A stretch of 64,000 nucleotides of DNA, taken from assembly GCF_003704095.1 (NCBI RefSeq), contig NW_020844152.1:186001-250000 (forward strand). The letters run 5' to 3'. Of this stretch, positions 11,400-24,300 are shown piece by piece. The notes beneath the pieces are model-generated. The model saw only the letters and a list, made by a program, of their open reading frames with translations. It did no database searches and was not told the origin of the DNA. This stretch comes from Pocillopora damicornis. Its lineage: Eukaryota. Position 1 is the first letter of the stretch, and each line of letters begins with the position of its first letter. Both the position numbers and the translations under genes were made by a program.

Positions 11400-13685
11400 T
11401 CCTTGCAATATTAAAAGGGGAATTTTTGGACCCACAAAAGAGCTGCGACTTAACAACTTACTCACAGTAGACATCTACCACAAGCTAATTCAATTTTTGA
11501 AACTCATTGACAAAATTGTATTGTTTCAATATTCAGACGAGATTTTCTCAGCCCACACAAGAGCTGTAACTGACATTTGCACATAGAACAGAGCTAACCA
11601 CGCTCTTGCTAACGCGCTATAACTGGTCGCAGAATCCCCCCATTTCGCGGAGTTATAAACGAATGAATATTGCAACAAGTGTTCAAGCTCATTAACGAAA
11701 TTCTATTGTTTCAATATTCAGGGGAGATTTTCTTTGCCCACACAAGAGCTGTAACCTTCATACTTACTCACAAAACAAAACTGACCACGCTCTTACTAAC
11801 GTGCTAAAGCTTGTCCCAGAATTCCCCATTTTTTTACAGAGATATAGACACATGAATATTGAAACAATAGAAATTCGTCAATGAGCCTTTGACAAACGGA
11901 GTTTTCAATTTCATCAACGAAATTCTGTTTTTTCAATATTCGGAGGGGAATTTCTTGGCTCACACAAAAGCTGTAACTTTGACACTTCCACACATAACAG
12001 AGATAATCACGCTCATTCCCCATTTTTACAGAGATATAAAGGCATGAATATTGAAACAAAAGAAATTCGTTAATGAGCCTCTGGCAACTTGTTGGAACCA
12101 CGACTAAAACGGAGTTTTCAAGCTCATTAACAAAATTCTATTGTTCAAATATTCAGAGGGGAATTTCTTGGCTCACATATAAGCTGTAACTTTGATACTT
12201 CCACACATAACAGAGATAATCACGCTCTTTCTAAAGCATATGAAATTATCCCAGAATTAATTATTTTTACGGAGATACAGAAGCATGAATATTGAAACAA
12301 TAGAAATTTGTTAATGAGCCTTTGGCAACTTGTTGGAACTACGAGCAAAACGGAGTTTTCAAGCTCATTAACCAAATTCATTGTTTTAATATTCAGAGGA
12401 GATTTTCTCGGCCCACACAAAAGCTGTAACTTTGATACTTGCACACATAACAGAGCTAATCACGCTCTTCCTAACACGCTATAAATTATCGCAGAATTCC
12501 CCCTTTTCGCGTGAATGTGTAAACGCGTGAATGCTAAGACAACAGAAATTCGTTAATGAGCGTAAGTTGTTGGAACCACGAGCAAAACCGTGTGTTCACG
12601 CTCATTAATGAAATTCTATTGTTTCAATATTCAGAGGGGAATTTCTTNNNNNNNNNNNNNNNNNNNNNNNNNNNNNNNNNNNNNNNNNNNNNNNNNNNNN
12701 NNNNNNNNNNNNNNNNNNNNNNNNNNNNNNNNNNNNNNNNNNNNNNNNNNNNNNNNNNNNNNNNNNNNNNNNNNNNNNNNNNNNNNNNNNNNNNNNNNNN
12801 NNNNNNNNNNNNNNNNNNNNNNNNNNNNNNNNNNNNNNNNNNNNNNNNNNNNNNNNNNNNNNNNNNNNNNNNNNNNNNNNNNNNNNNNNNNNNNNNNNNN
12901 NNNNNNNNNNNNNNNNNNNNNNNNNNNNNNNNNNNNNNNNNNNNNNNNNNNNNNNNNNNNNNNNNNNNNNNNNNNNNNNNNNNNNNNNNNNNNNNNNNNN
13001 NNNNNNNNNNNNNNNNNNNNNNNNNNNNNNNNNNNNNNNNNNNNNNNNNNNNNNNNNNNNNNNNNNNNNNNNNNNNNNNNNNNNNNNNNNNNNNNNNNNN
13101 NNNNNNNNNNNNNNNNNNNNNNNNNNNNNNNNNNNNNNNNNNNNNNNNNNNNNNNNNNNNNNNNNNNNNNNNNNNNNNNNNNNNNNNNNNNNNNNNNNNN
13201 NNNNNNNNNNNNNNNNNNNNNNNNNNNNNNTTAACGAAATTTTATTGTTTCGATATTCAGAGGGGAATTTCTTGGCTCACACAAGGGCTATAACTTTGAC
13301 ACTTCCACACATAACAGAGATTATCACGCTCTTTCTAACGCATATGAAATTGTCCCAGAATTAATTATATTTACGTAGATATAGACGCATGAATATTGAA
13401 ACAATAGAAATTCGTTAATGAGCCTCTGGCAACTTGTTGGAACTACGAGCAAAACGGAGTTTTCAAGCTCATTAACAAAATTCTATTGTTTCAATATTCA
13501 GACGGAATTTTCTCTGGTCACACGAGAGCTGTAACTTTGACACTTGCACACATAACAGAGATAATCACGTTCTTCCTAACACGCTATAAATTATCGCAGA
13601 ATCCCCCTTTTCGCGGAGTAATAAACGCGTGAATATTAAAACAATAGAAATTCGTTAATGAGCCTTTGGTAAGTTGTTGGAACCA
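11400..13685. repeat. ~240-bp tandem satellite with a 33-bp internal inverted repeat, interrupted by assembly gaps
   Basis: (a/g)agctgtaac recurs at ~11561, 11746, 11968, 12181, 12421 and at 13286/13526, a 240-bp period in intact units. N-gaps at 12648-13230 and 13686-13785. Confidence 0.9.
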
Positions 13686-13969
13686 NNNNNNNNNNNNNNN
13701 NNNNNNNNNNNNNNNNNNNNNNNNNNNNNNNNNNNNNNNNNNNNNNNNNNNNNNNNNNNNNNNNNNNNNNNNNNNNNNNNNNNNNGGTAGTAAAAAATAT
13801 AATTGGCATGCTCTCGCATTTCATTTCGTGAGATGGTTGACTATGCATGGGACCAGGAACCAGAGTAAGATTTCAGGGGGAGGTGGAGGTCTCGTTCGAT
13901 TCTCGTATTTCATGTACGTGACATGTTGTCGTTTCGCCTTATTTAAGACATTTATGCCTTGTTTTAAAT

Positions 13970-14066
13970 GGTTTTAGGTAGTTTGCAGTGGCTGTAGATG
14001 TTTTTAGGTGGTTGTAGGTGGTTGTAGGTGGTTTTAGGTGGTTTTAGGTCGTTCCATGTTTTAGTA
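13970..14066. repeat. 10-bp minisatellite (GGTGGTT[T/G]TA)n
   Basis: Repeated taggtggttg/taggtggttt units ending in gtcgttccatgttttagta. Confidence 0.7.
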
Positions 14067-14067
14067 C

Positions 14068-14332
14068 GCAAATGAACACCACCCAACAATCAAATTTATT
14101 GTTGAAATATCTGTTTCAGAAGCTACTCTCTTAGAAACTTCTATCTATAAGGGTGAAAGATTCAACAGGGAGTCAGTTCTCGACATAAGAGCCCGCCCAC
14201 CAACAGAGACATTCCAGGACACATTCACAACACAACGTGTCATCCATCAGGAGCAAAGAGAGGATTTGTTAAAGGCGAAAAGCGTTACGACTCCCCAGCA
14301 CTACTTCTTCAGCAGAATATTTGAAGAGAAAA
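14068..14332 (+). mobile_element. Decayed Penelope-like element reverse-transcriptase (C-terminal/thumb) fragment
   Basis: Translates, with frameshifts, as ANEHHPTIKFIVEIS..EATLLETSIYKGERF..VLDIR..PTETFQ..CHPSGAKRGFVKGE..LRL. This matches the PLE-RT pattern HPxIKFTxE...FLD...KPT...SxHP...GxxxRL. Confidence 0.8.
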
Positions 14333-14545
14333 ATTTTTGGTGAATATTTTTGTCTGACATACTTTTTCTATGTCGAATTATAATAAAGTTCGGATATGAC
14401 GCGCACTGTCATTGGTTGAAAGAACGTGCTCTGTGAGAGTATAGAGCATAGAGCTGAGCTAAAGCTGTCACGCCATCTGCCAATTATAACATAGCTAGTA
14501 AATTTGTCTAATCAAATTCAATTGCGCGAGCGTGCTTCATATTCC

Positions 14546-14872
14546 TATTATAAAATAATTCAAATAGTACAAGCGCTCTGATTGGCCATAAAACCATTTT
14601 ACATGAGCGTTTATAAAATAATTCAAATAGTACGCGCGCTCTGATTGGCCATGAAACCATTTTACATGAGCGTATGTAAACACGGTTTTCGTTCCTCTTT
14701 CATTAGTTATTTTATAAAAGAAATGTAAAATGGTTTCCGTGTTTACATAGCCTGATGTAAACACGGATGATTATGATGTAAACATAAGCTGGAAACCACT
14801 CCGCTTCGCGTCGTGGTTTCCTACGCTTATCTCGTGTTCTCCCAACCTCCCGCGTGTTTACATCAGGCTATG
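14546..14872. mobile_element. Hairpin-containing dispersed repeat, copy 2, with a local ~65-bp tandem duplication
   Basis: Near-identical to 5585-5828; ataaaataattcaaatagtac...catgagcgt occurs twice (~14548 and ~14613). Confidence 0.75.
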
Positions 14873-15717
14873 TGACTGATGCGACCTTCCACTCAACGCA
14901 TCGGAAAGGATATCAGAGCAAGCTCATATTTTTTCACTCGNNNNNNNNNNNNNNNNNNNNNNNNNNNNNNNNNNNNNNNNNNNNNNNNNNNNNNNNNNNN
15001 NNNNNNNNNNNNNNNNNNNNNNNNNNNNNNNNNNNNNNNNGAAAAAAGAAGCTCTTGATTGTTAAACAATTTCTCCTTGTCAGCACCTCAGGAAATGTAT
15101 AAAGAACAAGGGATGGTCTCAGATGGATAAAATGATAACCTGCATTCAAAGAAACATGTCACAGTTTAAGGAAGCTCAGCAATGCTGTCCCCTCATTTTC
15201 AGTCTGTGTCAATCTTTTTCACCCTTAAACATTCTCTGCCTCTTTGGTTTGCTCTGATATAATTCAAGTATTTTCTGTTTCTTTTTGTCAAACTGCACAC
15301 TTTGGTTTCCCCTACATTCCAAGCAACTCAAATAATTATGTCATAGCCTGATGACCTTGAAGTAAAGCAAAAAGTTATTTTAAAATACCTATCAGACCTA
15401 CAGACTTACAATATTATATTAGCAAACAATCATACTGCACCTGTAAATTTCAGAAATTAAGAAATAATCTTCAGCCACAAGATTCACCTCAAAAACATAC
15501 AGGGTATATTGGCTGAAATACTATTGATACAACTTAAAATCATGCCTTCCTCATACCAAGGAATATAGCAGTGATCAGCCAAATTAATTTTTTTACTCTT
15601 GTTCTTTATCAAAAGTTTGAAGCCAACACCTCTGAGTAAGGCTCACATCTCTGTGCACATTTTTATCAAGCCCAAAGTCACTATAGCGACAGAGGTTTGT
15701 TGGTGCTGACACCATAC

Positions 15718-18700
15718 CTACAACTGCCACGGCTGCCCCCATCATTTTCGTTCCCATGCGATAGCTGCAGGTAGGCACCACATATTCTGTAAAGGTAAAT
15801 ATTCCGAACTCATGTTGAACAGTGGCTGGCTAAAAAGCAACATAAATGGTGAGATTAGTTCTAGGTCAAATGACTGCTTAATGAGGAGGGGGAGGGAGGG
15901 AGGACTGAAAATATGACAGAATAAAAGTCTCTTAATGCACATAGTCCTCACCCTAATATAAGTCTCTAAAAAGAACAAAATTTATGCCAAGATGCCAAAG
16001 ATTTCACTTTCAAATCAACAACAATTTCAGATGTTTATAAATTAACCCAAAGTTCCTCTGGAATAAACAATTAAACTCATCATGATTACTGCTTACAATA
16101 ACCTCTGTTTTAAGTCTCTTTTAATGTGAGAATAAATCTTTAACGATTGAGAACAAGCTGCCAAATTCATAAATATTAAAATTTTTAAGTCTTTAAGCAA
16201 AATGAGGTGTCACATTCACTTGGTATTAAAAAAAAAATGAAGAGGCAAAAAATAGAACTTACCTCATGAAGATGACCTGAGAACGCATAAGTTGGTTTCA
16301 TAGTTCGAATTAACTTAAAGTAAAAAACAAAGGAAAATAGTATAGCTGTTATAAACTACTATTATTATCATTATAATAGAGACAAAAATTATCTTAATCG
16401 ACCAGTCTCTTATGAGAACTCTTCACCATCAATGTACAAACAAACAATCTTGTGTTTAAAACATTAAAATTTTGACAATCAATTACCATGACTTTCTAGC
16501 GATTCCCAATCAATTTCAATTCATGAAGGAATTTACAACATCATTGGTCAAAACTAGTGTAGGCAAAACAGCAAACTTTGTACATGATCCTTGTGGCCCC
16601 ACCAGCAGGTGCTTATCCTGATTTTCCTAACATTTCTCCTCCCTGGATGGGATCACAGTCCATTGTAAGATCACCCCCAGGACAAGATCACCTCTTGTCC
16701 TGCCCAAGAACACAACACATTGACCCAGCCAGGTCTGGAACCCAGACCTCTTGACCCTGAGTCTAGAGTACTTGTATAGTAGTGGTAAACTGCTGAAAAA
16801 GTCACAAAATATTCATGCTTAGGGGTTCAAATTTGGTGTCTCATTTCCAAAGGCTGACAAGGATCAAAAGGCTTACATAAATCCTGTATGAACTGGCGAC
16901 AATGAAACAATACAACTAAAGCAAGATCAGTTTGGTATTTGATGAATCTGCCTGTTGAAAATAACTTACCTTGCGCAATGGAACATCATGTTTTACACTA
17001 ATTTCGTCAATAGGAACATGACCAACTAAAATGGAAATCTTCTCCTTGTCCAGTTTTGGAGAAAGAGTATTGATAAAATCTACAGTTTTATTGTAGATTT
17101 TTCTTTCCTCTCTAAAAGGTTTTCTTCTTAACAAACTTGCTGAATTGATCTGTAAAAATTCAAAACATACAACATACTTTAATATAATTTCAAAACTTAT
17201 ATTGATTTTTACTTTAGTGACCAAGGTTCCATTTCTGCCACTCTCTTGAACAGTGTCTGGTTATCAAACACACAGTTACTCCTGCAATTAAGTGTAAGTA
17301 ATAATGGGTAACAAAATGACTTTTAATAAATGTTTGAGAAAGTTTTTCTAGATTAATTTATTATATCTAGTAACTAAACAGACCCAGAGCAATATTTCAA
17401 GATACAAATCTAAGGAAGACTGGTTTGGGTTGCCACTCAAAACCAGTCCATTCTGCTTTGTTCCCTGATAATTTCATTCCTTGAACCTCAAAACCTCTAA
17501 CATCTTGATCTTTATTGAAAACACATCAAACAAAAATAGCTTTCCAGGAGTAGTAAATACTTGGGAGAACTGATCCCTTGACTTTGCAGGTCTAATGTGT
17601 ACTCCTAAGGACACAGTGCTCCTGGTTTTAACTTTAAGACACATAAAAGGTTTTCTAGCTACTGAGCTACAGCTGCTTAATGTGGCAAGCAATCCAATAA
17701 TCAACCAATACAATGAACTACCATAGACATAAATTCGTTGGTGACAGCAAGACTAGCACATCACACAGGACATCCCTTCCTATGCCACTGATATATAACA
17801 ACATTAATCTGTCTCCACTAGTATACCTTAATTATTTGAAAAGACTTCAGTTTCACCACATCATTTATGGGACCAAAGTGTCGTTGAAATCTCAATGTTT
17901 TTTGTTCTGTGAGGATATCACTCCATTCACCTCCAATGTCATTGTCCCCAGCAACATAGATCCTTTCAGATCTGTCAAAGGTGTGGAAAATCTTATCATG
18001 TCTTGCCTAGAAAAGATATAAAACATTGTTAAAATTAGTAACTATCCATTTTATAATTTTTTAAATCAATCACAAAGGCATCTACAGAGCAAAACTAATA
18101 AATTAATACTTGATGAAAAAATTAAGTTGTTTGGGACCATACAAAGAGTGAAGCCCCATTACTCTGCATTGAAGAGAGCAATAATACAAACCCTCTCCTT
18201 TCCCTCTGCTTTTTTCATACTGGGCTGGGAGGGGAAGATCTCTTTATGGCAAATGAATGGTTCAATTTTGAAGCTGACAAAGCTGTCATATAACTGAATG
18301 AGAGGGTATACAGCTGGTCTATTACCTTATACTCCTCATATTGCTCATCTGTAGCAATTGATCCTTCATCTAAAATGTCACCTGAGATGTCAAAACTAAA
18401 TTACCATATATGACTCACACAAGATAAAAAAAAAAGTGACATAATAATGAACAATAATAATAATAATAAATCAGATTTAGAAGTGGGCACCCATGACACA
18501 GCTCCTCTTGTGTCTGTTGGCAGATATTCATGCAGAACTGTGTAATATAATCTTCTTTGATAAGGATACCACACAGTCATGTACATTTTATCAATTTTGA
18601 AGTTTTTTCATCTAGTTAAAACCAAGGATGGAGGAGTGACTGACCAAGTCAGTGGAAAAAGACAAATTAGCTATCTAAGCATTAATAACTTTAAAGCATA

Positions 18701-20246
18701 CTAAAATATTTGTTTTATGGTATATTTGTTTGTATCCACCATTTTACTGAGATAAGCTTCATCAGGAAAGTCACATGAAACACATATGACACTTACTGGT
18801 GTCTACTTAATACAAGTAGTCTTTCTGATAAAGGTTTTCCATATCAATTTGTGTAGTGATAGAAAGCTTGACTGTGAAATTTTCCTCTTTATATGACAAC
18901 TGCTACAGTACTGGCTCTCTTACAAAATCTTCTCTTATAGGCCTCTTTTTACCTAACATGTAACCTGAGCTATAGTGAAGTCCCACTAAAACAAATGATT
19001 GCAAGTATCCTTAGAGAAAAGGAAGGCTTGTTACACTAGTCTTATCAAAGGTCTGCGGTTACACTTATCAGAGGTCTGCAATTACACTTATCAAAGGTCT
19101 GAAGTTACACTTGTCAAAGGTCTGCAGTTACACTTATCAGAGGTCTGCAATTACACTTATCAAAGGTCTGCAGTTACACTTATCAAAGGTCTGCAGTTAC
19201 ACTTATCAGAGGTCTGTAATTACACTTATCAAAGGTCTGCAGTTACACTTGTCAAAGGTCTGCAGTTACACTAATCAAAGGTCTGCAGTTACACTTATCA
19301 AAGGTCTGCAATTACACTTATCAAAGGTCTGCATCTGTTGGATATAAGTTGGTTACTGAAAATACACAAAGAAAAAGTCCAGAATAAAGTTGGTGTCTGT
19401 TTTATACAAGTCTTACTGTAAACTGGGTCACATTCCTTGAGACACCCAAATGTGTAATTAAAAAACAATACAACCCCACATAGGACTTAAAAAGTAAAAA
19501 TGAAGAAGGGGTCATGAAACAAACCTAAATGAATAACAGCATCAGGTGAAAACGATGCCAAGGCCAGATAAAAAGCCTTGAATAAATACCAGTCTGTATC
19601 CACACGTGTTATACATCCTTGAATTCCTTCAGGTTCTTCCTTGTATCCCTTACAGGAAAAAAAAGGGTCCAAGGAGGAGCTTTGTTAGAGTTAATTTCTA
19701 CTAAGTATCACAAAACCAAAACCAAGAAATGAAACCCTGCAGCCAATCAGAACAAAGGAAAATCAACTCAAATCAAACACAAACCATTGGCCTGAAACAT
19801 GGAAAAAATATAAGTGACTGTGACGTTGTTGGTTTTAGTTTTCAAACTAACTGAACTAACTGTTTGGGGGGAAGTAGTGCTATTAGCCATGTCAAGAGAG
19901 AAGAAGCCTTAAGTCACTAAATGTAACTGCTCATAAAAAATGCAAGGTTGTGGTTCTGGATAGAAGGACAAAAAAAAGACTAATTGATTCAAACTTCAGA
20001 TAATAAAATGATTCAGTGTATGTTCAGCATAGTTGTCTGTTGCTTTTGGTACAGTAGACCTACCGGGATTTGTGAGTCAGAGATGAGAAGTAAATTCAGT
20101 GAATCTCTGGATTGGTCAGGAATCCTCCAAGTAAAAAAAGCCCATAGAAAACATCCAAACTCTCCAATAAACACAACAATTACAAGTAAAACCAATGACA
20201 CCTTGAGGGTAAAGATATACCAGTACCACAAACACTTCTTCAACAT
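15718..20246 (-). CDS. Cdc1/MPPE1(PGAP5)-like membrane-anchored metallophosphoesterase; terminal exon(s) not found
   Basis: Exons 20246-20064 (ATG, N-terminal TM helix, LLISDSQIP), 19648-19525, 18381-18326 (GDILDEG), 18006-17827 (AGDNDIGGE), 17149-16970 (LVGHVP), 16313-16263 (FSGHLH), 15829-15718 (VPTCSYRMG). All five calcineurin-like motifs are present and phases are consistent. A probable non-coding exon 1 has its donor at ~21090. Confidence 0.85.
16595..16772 (-). mobile_element. Degenerate tRNA-derived SINE
   Basis: Minus strand has a B-box-like gggttccagacc followed by gtgttgtgttcttgggcagga, a SINE body motif I recognise from cnidarian repeats. Confidence 0.5.
19031..19332. repeat. 23-bp minisatellite (CTTATCAAAGGTCTGCAGTTACA), ~12.7 copies, intronic
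   Basis: Direct head-to-tail units with a few substitutions and no spacers. Confidence 0.95.
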
Positions 20247-20437
20247 CAAAACTGAAATGAAAACGAAAATAGTACTCTTTAACCAGAGTGACTAATACAC
20301 TTGTTATATCAGTTAATCAATGAATTTATTTATCTAATAATTTGTTATTTTTTAAGTTTTTTTAAATATATTACTTACTCTTATTCTAACGTCATTAGGT
20401 TTCTATCAATATGTTCATTCTACATAATAAATAACAA

Positions 20438-20750
20438 ATAACAAATAAATTCCATGTTACCATGCGTCTATTCAGTAATGGATCACAGATGAGACCAAAA
20501 TGCACCACAAACAAAAGTGGTACACAAGATGCAGTTGAGTTTATCTCTGATGTTCTTACCACGTTTTGACGTCATCTGTGATCTATTGCTGTACAGACCC
20601 ACGGCAACATGGAAGATATTTGTTTTATATAATACAGGTCTGGAGCAAAAAAATTGTTAATGGTGATGTCATCCATACGTCTGTCCTCCAATAGATCATA
20701 AGTTCGAACCAATCAAAATGAACGCGTGATGCAGCACATTGTATAAATAT
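20438..20750. mobile_element. Hairpin-containing dispersed repeat in the 5'-UTR intron of the metallophosphoesterase gene
   Basis: Imperfect inverted arms ~20438-20501 / ~20561-20628 (ttccatgttacc..gatcacagatga / tcatctgtgatc..ggcaacatggaa). Confidence 0.6.
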
Positions 20751-21090
20751 ACGTACAACATGTCGTGATCTCCCAAATTTTGATTGTGCTTCACCTGCTT
20801 ACTCAGGTGTTACCGCCTCAATTCTTCTGGTCAAAGTAGACTACACAGGGCACATGCATGATTGTCACTTTCCGAATATTAAACAAGATCAAGCTAGTGT
20901 AACCTCATTCAAATAGCTATCTAACCTGCAAGAATCGATCAAACAGTAAGCCCTAGCTGTGCAAATATTCTCAGTGTCGTGACGCAAAATCTTAATCCGC
21001 AAATGAGGACGTAATGTGAAGAGATTTCAAATCCTGGAACTAGCATCTTTCCAAGCGTTCTGTTTAAAAAATAAATAGTTCAGAGAATAC

Positions 21091-21318
21091 CTACATCGAT
21101 TATTCTATGGTAGTATCCAGTACAGCTTCCTTTCTCCAGGGTAGGATTTGCGGTATTTCTGACACAATCGCCTTCAGAGAACAAACAGATGTGAAGCGAT
21201 TAGGTTGAGACCGGATGTGAGCTCATGTATTTGTCACCAACTGTACCATGTTAGGGCCCTGGGTACCATCGGTCTTTGCATGCCGAAAGCCGAACCAGTA
21301 TTGTCGTTTTCAACGAAA
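21091..21318. promoter_or_regulatory. Probable bidirectional promoter (metallophosphoesterase / EB1)
   Basis: A minus-strand donor at ~21090 (tag|gtattc) and the EB1 ATG at 21319 are ~230 bp apart, head to head; locally CpG-richer; aaaATGGCGG start context. Confidence 0.5.
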
Positions 21319-24300
21319 ATGGCGGCAATAAACGTTCATAGCACTAGTTGTACTACAGATAATCTTAGTAGACATGACATGCTGAAATGGATCAACGAGA
21401 GTCTGCAGCTTAAGTACACCAAAATTGAACAACTATGTTCCGGTTAGTAATCGAGAACATTTGCGGCAGTTTCGTCGACAGAACTTCCATGTTTTCACGC
21501 CTTCGATCGAACGAGGGGCTGATGTTCGGGGTTATCAGTCTTTTCTCGTTGTTTCGTTATCGCGTCATACTTGGCTCTCACTAACTTGTGTTTGCTTAAT
21601 AGGTGCTGCATATTGCCAGTTTATGGATATGTTGTTCATGGGTGAGTACATTATGAAGATTACGTATGAAATTCGAGTCCTTTAACAAACGCCTCTTTAA
21701 ACTTTGTACATGTGAAGTTAATATCATGAAATATACATAACTCCCCTCAGTGATGTTCGATTTTAAACTCACATCAATCGGTATTTTAATTGAATGTATT
21801 TTAGATTGTGTAAATATGGCAAAGGTGAAGTTTGCATCAAATCAAGAACACGAATTCATAAATAACTGGAAGATATTGCAAAAGGCGTTTAAGAATGCTG
21901 GAGTTGATAAGGTAAAGTTTATACTTCCTTTTTTCTTTTTTTGAATTCTTTATTACAGCATGATGTTAATTTATTTCACGCTTATTTTCGACATGTATCT
22001 CGTGCTGTAGAGCATTTAAACAGAATCATGAATTAATCTAAAAGTAAAACGAAAGGTGCTGTAAATTGTGCTATTGGCGTGCTGGTGTCGAAATTTTTGT
22101 GGTGACATCATCATACTAATTATTTTTTTTTGTAAATGTCTCCATCAACAATGAAATCTTTGAAAAGGTAAGGGAGTATCAAGGTGTTTCATGATATGCA
22201 AAGTTTTATTTTCCAGAAAGATCATTTACTTTTGATTCTGGATCATGTGACCTAGCAATGGTTTGAGAATGTTTGTGAACGGTAGTGCTCTCTTTAACTG
22301 AATGCCGCACTTGTAAAACCAGCTAAGAAGAAAGAGGCCAGTGTGAATCAGCAAGATATTTAGCTTTGATTTTATATGTTATTGGTTAAGACAGAAGACT
22401 GAGTTTTAAGACCAGTCAATGAACACAGAAAATCAAAACCCAAAATAATCCTGAATTACTTTGGAACTGAGTTTGAATGACTCACACTTTTTAATTTTTG
22501 GGTTCAAAATTTTTTTAATTGAGTGAGAATTACTACTTCTTAACTAATGATTATAAAAAAATTTATTTTCATTGGGGCTGAAAATGCACGAACAATTATT
22601 TTTCACCAGTGAGTGCTTGTCAGGTGTCATTATTATTACTATTATTATCATTATTATTGTCATCATTATTATTGCTATTATCATCTTTTTTCCTTTTATG
22701 AAGATCAGGATTTCAAGGCATTGAAACAAAGATAATATATTTTTATATATTCATATCATATTTTTTAGCAATGCAGTATGTAGATTGGAGTTGGATTTTA
22801 ATAAACAAAATAAATTGGCTTACTGGTGATATTTATAAATTAAATAAATAGGAACATCATTAACAAATATAAAAGCCAAATGGATGTTGACTTGAAAGGC
22901 ACATCATATGATTGCAAATAATGCAAACTGTGAAATCTCAACATGTTTTCTCAGCAGTTGAGGTCCAATTGAAATACTAAAGCACTTTGACTGTGGTTTT
23001 TCTTTTATTTCCTTATTCAGACGATCCCAATTGAAAAGTTAGTCAAAGGGAAGTTTCAAGATAACTTTGAGTTTGTTCAGTGGTTCAAGAGGTTTTTTGA
23101 TGCAAACTATATCGGGCCTGATCCTGATTATGATCCTGTAGAAGCACGACATGGAAAAACAGATACTCCACAGATTGCTCAGCCACGAAAAGGGTCAGGA
23201 CAGCTTACCAGACCTGTGCAACCCCCAGGTGAGGAAAATTCTTAGGTAGACCTACTGAGTATGCAATGTTACCAATTTCATACACCTTGCATTTTTCCAC
23301 TCAATTACCTCAGCCTCAAGATTGTGACTTTTAAGTCATTATAATGTATTATCTTGGTTGTGATTCTTGTGTCACTCATTAGAACCAAACCTTACTGAGA
23401 GTAAAATCTCTTTTTTTCATTCTCAATCTCTAAACAGCCAAAAATCCGGCTCTCTCAAAAGGAAATTTTAGTAAACCTACAGCAGGTGGTCCGGCCAGAA
23501 ATGGTGGAGCTTCTAGAGGTGGTGCATCAGGACTTGGACGTCCAGCAGCACAAAGTTCGCGCACTGTAGGAGGGGCAGCACAGGGACCCCGTACTGGAGG
23601 AGCAGCTGGAGGGTCATCTGCTGCAATTGCACAGAAAGATGCCCAAATACAGGAACTTAATAATGAGGTTTGTTTTTGATGCTTGGTAAATGAATGAAAA
23701 TCATGGATGAAAATTGTTACCAATAATTGATACAAACTCCTTAATGAATATGAGAATGAATTAGTTACTATTCAAAACTTAAGCTCATCATCTAGCACTA
23801 TGTTTGGCAGAAGCATCCCTTTTGCTGGATATTAAAACTATGTTGGTTAATACCAACAATTGTCAATCAAAAGCAGTCAAGGTATTCTTTGATTGTTTAG
23901 TTGAGTCTGCTCTTATAGATATGCTCTCATGTTGATTGGTAAACTGAGCAACAGTCTAATGGAAATCAGTTAAACTCAGTATGGACATGTTTATTTTTGC
24001 CAAGAAGGATCAAACTGTGGGTGTATGTTGTAAGTCCACAAGTCAGGAAGTGTCTAACATGTGTTCTTGTGCTTGGTCTCCAGCTCACTGCACTGCAACT
24101 GACAGTGGAAGGATTAGAAAAAGAAAGAGATTTCTACTTTGGCAAGTTACGAGATATTGAAGTCAAATGCCAGGAAGAAGATCCAGGTGCTAATGTTGTC
24201 CAGAAGGTCTTGGAAATTCTTTATGCAACTGAGGTAGGTGCAGCATTTTGGCCTCACAAAACCCTTAGCAAGATAATGGAACTTACAAATTGGATCTAAA

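Noticed and set aside
13970-14066. Interstitial telomere
   Set aside because: The unit is 10 bp (GGTGGTTTTA-like), not TTAGGG.
12556-15149. Long ORFs containing X runs
   Set aside because: They simply span N gaps.
19031-19332. CRISPR-like array, and ORFs 18999-19274 / 19111-19347
   Set aside because: The 23-bp units are contiguous with no unique spacers; this is an intronic minisatellite in a eukaryote and the ORFs are repeat artefacts.
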